Assembly (NCBI GenBank): GCA_951406725.2
Contig: OX597826.1
Span: 35,650,001-35,714,000 of the forward strand
Length of the DNA stretch: 64,000 nt
Direction: 5' to 3'
From: Octopus vulgaris
Taxonomy: Eukaryota
A program made the position numbers and the translations under genes. Positions 54,501-64,000 of this stretch are shown here, in pieces; the stretch's first letter is position 1; the number at the start of each line of letters is the position of its first letter. The notes under the pieces were generated by a model, which saw only the letters and a list, made by a program, of their open reading frames with translations, made no database searches and was not told where the DNA came from.

Positions 54501-54584
54501 TCCACATACCCCCTACCCATTCAAAGTACCCCGGATCCCCAAAGTACCCCGGACCCAGTTGCCCCCGTGCCGCTGGCACGTTAA
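51492..54584 (+). CDS. RTE LINE polyprotein: APE endonuclease, reverse transcriptase, PHD-like zinc finger (frame open from 51429)
   Basis: APE motifs GTINVG, CIQE, SAYAP, GDFNG, IDFIL; RT motifs NYRGIKLL, QFGF, FVDLEKAFD, GVHQGSALSPLLF, YADD (53538-53549), FRYLG; RTE C-terminal LRWYGHV and RGRPRKTW. Confidence 0.97.
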   Translation: MTGKSSEIVEMLERRQVDVCCIQEVRWRGASARVLTGKALRYKLFWQGNVEGVGGVGILLAEKWVDEVIEVVRVCDRVLKLRLVLQSGTAMIISAYAPQAGLPNDQKDNFYDSLLQATSKTSSKDLIFVGGDFNGHVGRESGIFTGVHGGYGIGTRNDEGTRLLEFCDACNLSICNTNFKKPVCHLITYQSGDSASQIDFILTRKRDAGLLLNTKTLPGEECILQHRLIISDFKLKARRTPRNKPIQKRRIWRLKNPSHGQKFRDILIKKFDEREEELQTSDIEGSWEFLRDSLLSATDRVCGWCKVPSRPRITWWWNSAVDKAICKKRRAWKAWKDGGSRELYQIAKREAGRQVYIAKDVAEKKKLANVQRREDQRAEVFRIARQCVRENSDVIGEKCVRMDDGALAFTASEKKEAWRSHYERLLNEENEWEEESLQNVDPVEGPATRIDSSLVDKAIKDMKPGKAPGLSGITAEMLKTAGYVGYTIVTRIVNQVVHNGVIPNDWCSSTIVNCYKGKGDALDRNNYRGIKLLDQVMKVSEKVITHLIRERICLDEMQFGFVPGRSTTDAIFLVRQLQEKYLAKDKPLYIAFVDLEKAFDRVPRSLIWWSMRKLEIEEWLIRAVQALYREAVSKVRIGNEYSEEFRVEVGVHQGSALSPLLFIIVLQAITEEFKMGCPWELLYADDLALIAESLPELEEKFRVWKQGLESKGLRINVAKTKVLVSSKRYSAHPPSGRWPCSIYRKGTGRNSIRCTQCKLWTHKRCSNIKGKLTDKIAFMCGRCTGTIDTTDTQKTDSITLQGEKLEVVDSFRYLGDHVSSGGGCTESITTRIRIAWAKFRKLLPLLATKGLSLRAKGRLYDACVRTAMLHGNETWAVTAEDMRRLERNEASMIRWMCSVSVHARQSVSILREMLDIRSIRCGVQERRLRWYGHVLRMDEERCVKKCHSQTVEGIRGRGRPRKTWDEVVKHDLRALGLTEAMAKDRDLWRYAVTAKTRAAFCSNSTYPLPIQSTPDPQSTPDPVAPVPLAR

Positions 54585-54909
54585 AAGCTCGAACCGATCG
54601 CGACCAATGCCGGACCCCCCGGCCCCTGTGCAGGTGGCACGTAAAAAGCACCCAATCCACTCACGGAGTGGTTGGCGTTAGGAAGGGCATCCAGCCGTAG
54701 AAACTCTGCCAAATCAGACTGGAGCCTGGAGCGGCCCCTGGCTTCCCAGACCCCGGTCGAACCGTCCAACCCGTGCTAGCGCGGAAAACGGATGTTAAAC
54801 GATGATGATGATGATGATGATGACACACACAGACACATATATATATATACATACATATGCATATTTACATGTATGCATACACATATATACCTGCATATAC
54901 ATATATATC

Positions 54910-54957
<48 letters not shown>

Positions 54958-54978
54958 CACACACATATATATATATTT

Positions 54979-55013
<35 letters not shown>

Positions 55014-55016
<3 letters not shown>

Positions 55017-55197
55017 TAGTGAATTGAAGAAATGGAGTTGAACGAAGATTGAACAGAAATCGTTTTATTTCATTCTACACGTGTTTCGAAAGGCACAATT
55101 TACCAAATTCCGATTGAATAATGAGACCATATGGTCTCATTATTCAAACGATTTCTGTTCAATCTTCGTTCAACTCCATTTCTTCAATTCACTAATA
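55014..55197. repeat. Foldback: 52-bp perfect inverted repeat with inner 34-bp palindrome
   Basis: 55014-55065 vs 55146-55197; palindrome 55114-55147; minus strand has CGAAACACGTGTA...AATAAA (HHR 3' half plus polyA signal). Confidence 0.9.
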
Positions 55198-55572
55198 ATA
55201 TTAAAATTCAATTATCTGCACCAACGCACGGTTGCAACACCATATGGTTGTACCTCCAACCGTGCTGTCTTCTGCTGTGATTTTTGCTACCAAGGTATCG
55301 GTTAAACTTTTGATTAATCTGCAACAAGATTATTCATCTTTCTATTTCACATTATATATATATGTATATATATATACAAAAAAGGGTGGAATATAATTAA
55401 TTTAATAAAATTAATAAATTTCACCTGGTAGATTTATCGGTATGGAAAAGACCATCTTTTGCAATAAGTTGCTCAAAACCACATACCGAAAATATTAGAA
55501 ATAGCAGTCAAATTGATCACTATTTCCTCTTGCAACCACTTGTTGCAATTAACCCTTTAATTATATATATAT

Positions 55573-55618
<46 letters not shown>

Positions 55619-56966
55619 CTATATATATACCTATATATATAATATACATATATATACATTAAATGGACCTGTAGGCATAGTGTGTGGATTTCAGCTTGGC
55701 AAGCTGTTGTCCATCTTAAATAAATTCATGCCAACAGTTCATTTGAGCTCCACACCTCCACCTTCATCTGCTTCTTTCTTGTTGATAGATAGGTATCTTT
55801 TATTTTTCATAGCAGCAAGAAAACCCAGCTGATGAGGCCAATGTTTTCAATCTATATGTGTAACTTGTAGAGTATGAACTGTTGGTTGCATATAAAGGGA
55901 AGTCTTTGTATCTTTTGATTAAGTTAGATGAAGAGCGAAACTAAGAGATGACAAGAAAGATGTAGGCTGAAGTGAGAAGTAAAAAATTGCGAGTGAAATC
56001 AGTCAATAGAAAAGTTGTGGCCAGCCCCGAAGAGCAAAGGCCATGCTAATAACTTTGAAATATGAGAAATATGAAGAAACTTTTATAAAGTTAAAATGAA
56101 TTTCCTTAAAGGCAAAACCTAACAAATGGAGATGACAAGAAGAGAATGATTCTATAAGAGAATCTGATATCAATTTGACATGAGCTGTGGAATATGCAGC
56201 TAGATCTAAATGCAAAAATTTGGATGTTTCACAAAAGTTATAACCCTTTTGATAGCAACATTTCTGATACCAACAATCCATGGTTTTATGAAGAACAATT
56301 CCTGTTTTAAAGTGGTCAAAAATAAAAATTTCCATAAAAATTTCAGGTTATGTTGCAAAAACCAGATTAATTTTTTACAAAGTTATTTAACTAAATTTTT
56401 CAATATTTTCGTGATTGCTTGATACAATGGTAACATATTTCAACTGAAGTATGGTAAGAATATAATTAAAGAATCACTGATAGGAATGAAATAATCCCCA
56501 AATGACCTACTTTCATATTGTACGTAATGTTATATATAATCCTTTGTGTTGTTACACTTAATCATCAGGATTAATGAAGAGAAAATTTGCAAACTGCAGG
56601 ATAATGATGAAAACAGATTTACATACTCCTCAATACTGATGAGAGTAAAATATATTTTCTTACTCATGATTGCAAATAAAGCAAAGTATACACGCATACA
56701 CACACACTAACCACTGATTAATGAGTAGACTCCTGATTCAACTACAACTAGGTGCATAAATATATCCTTTCATTTATATATATATGTACATATACGTATA
56801 TACATATACAAATAAATATACACACATATATACACATATATATATACACACACACACATACACATGTGCATGCATATATAAATATTTATAATTATATATA
56901 TATATATATATATATATACATACACACACACACATAAATACATGCATGCATACGTGTATATATATT

Positions 56967-57030
<64 letters not shown>

Positions 57031-58268
57031 CACACACATATATATATATATATACATACACACACATATAAATACATGCATGCATACGTATATAAATGTT
57101 TATAACTATACAAACATATACACACACACACACACACACACATGTGAACACACACACACACATGCCCCTGTACACATATAAATACATACTCTGATGCTGA
57201 CAAAATGCCTGATTCCTTTCAATTTCCTTTTCGTCTTGTTGGTTTCCTTCACCAAAATCTTTTCAAGATTTCCTTGAAGCCTAATCACCAAAAACTATCA
57301 ATAAAATATGATTGGAAAACTATAAAAAAAAAAGATTGAAACAAAAAAAAACAGCAAACTCCCTGAAGAGAGTTACTCCATCTATTTAAAAAATATCCTG
57401 GATATTATCGATAGTAGTAAAGCACAAAATAGATATATATATATGCATATACATACACGCATGCATCCGTACATATGTATACATACACATACACATCTAT
57501 GTTCATATACGTATGTATGTATAGACATACGTCTGTGTGTGGGAGTAGAGTATAAGTAGAAGTGATATTCAATATAAACCTGAAGCCAGACTAACACTAC
57601 AGGTGTACAGCCGTTCAATGACACAGTTACCTGTATTTTGCCTTCAGAGTCTTATAAAGATATTTTCCAGATGTTCATTTCGCAAGTGGTGACTCCTTTA
57701 TGGAGTATATGCCTCTGCTCATTTGAAAATAATATAAATGTCCACGTGTATGTGTGTATATGTATGTCTGTGCGTGTGTGTGTGTGTGTGCACACTTTTG
57801 TGTGTGTATTTGTATGTATATACACAAAGAGAGTGAGAGGGGGAAGGAGAAGAAAGAAGAGGTAGTAATGGTGATATACACAAGCTTCATACAAATAGTT
57901 TTACATGGATCACAGATCACTAATCATACTGAATAAAGTACAGTATAACATAAAAGAATATGTAACTTTTTAATCTCAACAGCTGTTTCGGGAAGCTCAG
58001 AGTAATAATCATATTAGAAATTACATATTTCCTCCTCTTATTCTATATTTTTCTGCTCCAACTAAATAGATATATTCCTACCAAGCCTAACTGTGTATAT
58101 CTCCATTACCACCTCCTTATCAGCTTGATTAGTATTTCTGCTATAGTCATTCTTGTTGGTACTGGCCTTGTGCAGGACAAAGAATTCAATGTTTAAGCTT
58201 AAATTCTTTTGAACACTACTATGTTTTCTATACAGAGAAGTACCTGATCTCGTCTACTGTGTGTAGGT

Positions 58269-58311
<43 letters not shown>

Positions 58312-58464
58312 CGTGTATGGTCAAAAAGTAGAAAACACATAGCTGAAAGAACCACAGACAGTGTTTGTAGGCTGATGCTCCAGAAAAATGTAAGAACTTA
58401 ATATTTTGAGCAAAGGATGGGAGCAGAAAAAAAGTTGAGAGAAAGAAGCATCTGAGTTAAGTGG

Positions 58465-58513
<49 letters not shown>

Positions 58514-58664
58514 ACATATACATATACACATATGTATGAATATTTACTCATTTATGTATAATTATATGTGTATATTGTTATATTTAGGAATGGTCATATT
58601 GCCAGTTTAGCCAATAAAAACACACGCACTATATATTTGGTGTTTGCACAACAAATATTTAAAC

Positions 58665-58735
<71 letters not shown>

Positions 58736-59750
58736 AACTGTCTTCAAAGACTCATATTGTCGTCCAATGCTTGAAACAAGGAGTAGATAGACAACTGACA
58801 ACTGATGGAGGGTCGTTCTCTATGTTACTTGTCCTGTTTTCTATTTGTTTCTCTCATTGTCTGTGTATTGAACTCATTTGTTTTTGCATTTCATTTCGTT
58901 TACTGTTGGTGATGTCCTGTACCCATATATGCATATGTATATATATGAATATATATAAATTTATATAAATAAGGATAAGATCATTATTTAAAATACACAC
59001 CATTTCAAGTGGCTAGCATGGGAATAAAAACCTCATAGGTAATTATTATTATGTAAGTTATAATTAGGGGTATCTAAAAGATACCAACATACTAGATATA
59101 GCAGTCAAAACTTGACTAAAACTACATCAAATATTCATACAGCACCAGGAGAGAAGACAAAGAGACAAAATAAACTAGCAAAAAGTTATTGGATAATTCC
59201 AGATCCCGGATTTCTGGCTTTTCATGAGAAATGATCTGCCTCATCAGTGGAATATACACAAAATAGTACATATACATATATAATACAAAAAAATAACTAC
59301 TTTTAACCATAGACTGAAACAGCTGTAAGAAGTGATTTTAATGATTTCAATAATTTATATTATGATTTTTATAATTTGTATTCTTATCTTATATGTATTG
59401 AATTATAAGATATATATATGTATGCTATTAAGGTTCTCATTTTGTTACATGAATAAATAATTCAACATTCTAATATCCGAAAGTTAACGAACAAACTAAA
59501 TTTGTTTCTCCATTTTCTTATTTGTATTATAAATTAACAGTAAAATATTTCTTTACCTTCACCCATTTGATGCAATAAATAAGTTAATTGCATTGCAATT
59601 AAAAGCATTTATGTATTAAGAATATGGGTATATTGGATAAATACTATCCCTTAGTGGGTTACAGCCATAACCCCTAACTTACTTTGTGGTATATATATAT
59701 ATACAACATACGAATATTTACATATACGCACATATAAACACAATTTATGA

Positions 59751-59783
<33 letters not shown>

Positions 59784-61807
59784 TAAGCATAAGGATTGAA
59801 CTAGACAAACTTTTACCTTTACCGCTGTAGTAACACTTATATCCATTGTCCTATTATTCCTCTCCACTAGATCACATGATCTATAATGTTATTCTTAGAT
59901 TTAAGTGCAAACCAAAAAAAATAACATTGGAACTAGGCTGGAATAATTCTATTACAGAGCCAAGTGTAAATGCAACAGTCAAAATAAACACAGGAGACTG
60001 TGAAGAATTGTTTGGCTGTAGATTTTGTGTTATTTTATTTATCTGTAAGGATAAATTGATCACTTCGCTATGGTAGGAAGTCAAAGAAGACACAAACACT
60101 AACATAACGAAGCATTAATTAGCTGTTAGAGAATATTGATTTTACATCGACCTTTTTTTTTTCCTTTCTTCCCCCGAAACAATAGTTTGGTAAATAAATA
60201 AAGGTATAAATGAATTAATAAAATAGAATAAAGTAATTTGAGTAGTGTTAGTTTGGTGGTGTGTTTTAGTATTTAGTGGTGAATGTGATGTTTTGGACAT
60301 ATACTAAGAAGTACAGTATTTAGATATATATATTAACCCCTCCTCTCTCTCTATATATATATATGTGTGCGTGTGTGTGTGTGTGTGTATATATACACAC
60401 ACATATACATACATAATTATTAGCCACAGAAAGAGTAATAGTATCAAAAGGCAATATTTATCTCCAACTTAATGTGGATGTGTAATAAAACACAGAATGT
60501 TGCATTCTATGTAAACTTGAGGAACACATATCCACACCCTCCTGTCAATGATATATATAGAATCTCAGTGTCTATTCAGGCACTGATGTTGCAAATAGTC
60601 TGTGGGTTTATTAAAAATTAATTATTAGCAACAGGAGCAGTGTTAATACTATAAAGCAATTGTTATATCCAACTTAATATGGATGTTGTGGTAGAAGTCA
60701 AAATACTGCATTATTTACCTTAAGAGGACCTCTCATAAGGACTTGTGGTGCTTTTATCCACCCTGAGTCCATGTGAGAGCTCCTTTCAAGTGGTACACTT
60801 AATCAGTCACCTAATTAAATACTAAAGCCAGGTGTCTCCGTTGTCTTTAGTGGAATTGACTGTTGAAGGAAATTGGACCAGGTTTCCTGTTTCAGGATAC
60901 TTCCATCACCCATAACCACCAGTGTCTAAGGTCAGGTGGAAAGGTCACTGACGCTCACTTCAACCCAAGACTAACAGGTAAAAGAAATGAACAATGATCA
61001 AGCTTGACCAATGAACACTACTAAAGAACTCACCATTATGAGATGAAGGGCTGAGTAGATAAATTAAGATTTCTTTAACAATTAAAAGAACATGTATGGT
61101 AGAATCTCATATGCATATAATACAAGGTGTTTAAAAATTTTGAATCACCGAAATTACTTATGCAACTAGTGGACAAAAACTCCCTCTAAATTGTTTAAAA
61201 TCTTAAAATAAATACAAGCAAAGTTGAGAACTATAATATTATCATTCAATTGTAAATAAAAGCAATATTTTTAGATTCTAATTAGAAACTCTCTTGGGTA
61301 ATATATCCATTGTTTCTAGTACTGTAGGCTGTGGTTTAAAGGAGATTTGGCAATTAATTCTAACAAGACAACTGAGTATGCAAAGGTTTTTTGATTTTTT
61401 TTCGTTGTTTATTTTGTTAGCTTGTACATCATATTATCTGGGGGGTTCCTAATTCTGCAACTTCACTGCTCTCCATTATCACCAAAAATACTAATGAGAA
61501 TTCTGAAAGCAAAGGCAATTTGAGCAAAAACAAATTTATTACAAGAAATATAAATAAAAATACAAAAATCTAATAAACGAGTAGAAATAAAGAATTAGAT
61601 ATCAAAAAATATAATCTATTTATTTAGTAAATGTTCAATATTGTGTTTTGTCTCAGGTCAAAGGATTGTTTTGGAGAGAAAAAGAAGAAAAAAAACACAA
61701 GATGTAATATTCATTTTTCACAAGGGTTATTAGCTGCAAAAGTTAAGTAAATATATTTTATTGACTCAGTCTGAAACAAAATATTTTTCTAGATTTGGCC
61801 ATAATTT

Positions 61808-62336
61808 AACATCTGTATCAGTGCTTACACCTGTATGTCAGTGCTTAGTGTTGTATTGCAACATTTACACCTGTACATCAAGTTTTAAATTTGAACCTTA
61901 ATCATTCTACATGTATCCCTATGTTTGTGACCACCTCTCAGTATTTGTACCTGCATCTCAAATGTTTACACCTGTATTTCATTGTCTGTATTTGTATCCT
62001 AGTATTTACACCAATCATATAACCTGCTCCTTGCTATTTGCATGTGTATCTGGCTGATAACACCTGTACTTCAGTATCAGTATTAGGACTTTCATTTCTA
62101 AACTAGTATGCCAAGGTTTACACCTGTGGCACCATTATTTACACCTCTGCTTCACTGCTTACTCATGTCCATAAATGTTTGTATGATGTACCTCACTATT
62201 TACAGCTGTAACTTAGTATTTTCACCTGCAATTCAATGTCAATACCTGCACATCAATGTTTACACCTGCAGCACATTATTTTTTCTTGCACCTCAGTATT
62301 TACACCTGTACCCTGTTGTTTACACCTGTACCTCAG
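61808..62336 (+). repeat. Degenerate ~20-bp minisatellite with TTTACACCTG core
   Basis: CACCTG at 61828, 61868, 61969, 62061, 62121, 62223, 62263, 62303, 62323; spacing mostly near multiples of 20. Confidence 0.8.
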
Positions 62337-62424
62337 GATCTACCACAAAGTTGTTAAAATATTGATAATATACATAAACATCAAAGTGAGAATTCCCATA
62401 AAAAGCAGGAATTGATGTTGTTTT

Positions 62425-62830
62425 CTTTTACTTGTTTCTGTCATTAGATGGTGGCCATGCTGGGGCACGGCCTCGAAGAATTTCTTTTAGTTGAAGGAAT
62501 CAGCCACAGTGCTTATTGTTTTTTAAATCCTGGTATTTATTCTATTGGTCACTTCTGCCAAACCGCTAAGTTATGGGGATGTAAACAAACCAACACTGGC
62601 GGTCAAGCAGTGGTGGGGCACAAAAGCACACCACACACATACACACACACACACATATATATACACATGACAAGATTCTTTTAGTTTCCATCTACCAAGC
62701 CAACTCGCAAAGCTTTGATCAGCCCAACACAGTAGTAGAGGTCACTTCCCCAAGCTGGAGTGCAGTAAGACTGAACCTAGAACCATGTGGCTGGGAAGCA
62801 AACTTCTTATCACACAGCCATGCCTGCACC
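62425..62830 (-). mobile_element. Family A SINE (diverged)
   Basis: Full-length reverse copy. Confidence 0.8.
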
Positions 62831-63215
62831 TATCCAATCTTCTCCAAGAATTGAAACCAGACAGCTGATTATATCTCAGTTTGTTTACATTTCGGTCAAT
62901 GGTGTTCAGCAACAGTTTAGAATATCAATGGAATGTTTACAAAAAAATATTCGATATTTCTCAAATGAATCTAAATTATTGTAGCATGGGGTTTTGCCAA
63001 AATGTCTCACCTTCGATTTAAAATAGTAACAAAGATATGTGCCTGGAATATTTTACATTACATCAATCACTATATTCTTTGATTGTCAAAAATATCATGT
63101 TTGTCAATTCTAAAAGGTTAACTATTTCAAGTAGGAAAAGAACTCATAAATTCTGTATTTTGATGGCTTACACATTAACACACACACATGCATGCACACA
63201 ATATTACACACACTT

Positions 63216-63246
<31 letters not shown>

Positions 63247-63349
63247 AAACAAAACAAAACGAATGAAATTTTTACATATCTGTATCTTTAGACATATATA
63301 TGTGTTTATATTTGTACACTCACACATTCATAGATGCATATCATATATG

Positions 63350-63404
<55 letters not shown>

Positions 63405-64000
63405 TATATACATATATACATACACCTATACATACATATATGTGTGTGTGTGTATATATATATAAATGTACCTATTTTCAATTATCATGCAAACATCTAG
63501 CAAAAGGGAAGACACGAAAATGTGTACACATGCATGTAAGTGCATGCACATGTGCACATGCATGCATGCACACATGTATTTACACAAAGGCTTCTTTCAG
63601 TTTCCATCTACTGAATCCTCTTGCAAGGCTTTAGTCAGCCCAGAGCTTCACTAGAGGACACTTAGTCAAGATGCTGTATATGTACATGTGTGTGTAGATA
63701 TAGCAAGTGAGAGATAGACAGACAGAGAGAGTGAGAGAGACAGATAGATAAATAGATAGACAGGCAGGCAGACGGACAGACAGGCAGACGGACAGACAGG
63801 CAGACGGACAGACAGGCAGACAGATGGATAGATAAATATATAGCGCATGTGTGCATATCTTTGTGTATGTTTGTATGTATTTATGTATGTAAGCATGTAC
63901 ATACATGTGAATCTACTTCTCTGTGTAATTGTGTGTGTGTGTGTGTATTTCTCATTCTCAATATAGTTATGTTTTATGTATTCCCACATTAAATCTTTTT

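Larger units (their letters stand above)
50388..54823 (+). mobile_element. Apparently full-length RTE-clade LINE
   Basis: 5' region with tandem monomers, long APE-RT ORF, ~240-bp 3' UTR and (GAT)7 tail; microsatellite on both flanks; 5' boundary approximate. Confidence 0.9.

Noticed and set aside
52325-54660. Antisense ORFs within the RTE
   Set aside because: Shadow ORFs of the real coding strand
56636-56670. CTGATGA followed by a GAGTAA/TTACTC stem as a hammerhead
   Set aside because: The stem is followed by ATGA rather than GAAA, and there is no stem I/III
61808-62336. Conserved core plus variable spacer as CRISPR-like
   Set aside because: Core is only ~10 bp and the intervening bases are related to each other; this is a decayed minisatellite
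707-63989. Dozens of YI/CV/HT-rich, poly-Met, poly-Asp and poly-Ile ORFs
   Set aside because: They are translations of di- and trinucleotide microsatellites with no domain content

Overview
AT-rich, microsatellite-dense eukaryotic non-coding DNA. The repeat families (tRNA-derived SINEs, RTE LINE with a (GAT)n tail) look like an octopus/cephalopod genome; this is recognition, not a database result. I can support no host protein-coding gene, and almost all listed ORFs are microsatellite artefacts. The only real long ORF (51492-54584) belongs to an apparently full-length RTE-clade LINE. It encodes APE endonuclease, RT and an embedded PHD-like finger, and has four 86-bp tandem monomers plus an overlapping short ORF in its 5' region. 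The rest is SINEs of three families, truncated RTE tails, mariner/piggyBac/Helitron-like relics, RLE-type LINE fragments and Penelope-like remnants carrying minimal hammerhead ribozyme (HHR) motifs. The standout is 7467-8151, a young GC-rich 358-bp non-coding monomer present as 1.4 tandem copies plus an inverted copy inside a (TA)n tract. On the minus strand it carries a type I HHR with the rare compensatory U3-A8 core on top of a long rod-like stem. This is a candidate retrozyme (self-cleaving circular-RNA retroelement). All RNA folds were paired by eye and repeat boundaries are approximate.
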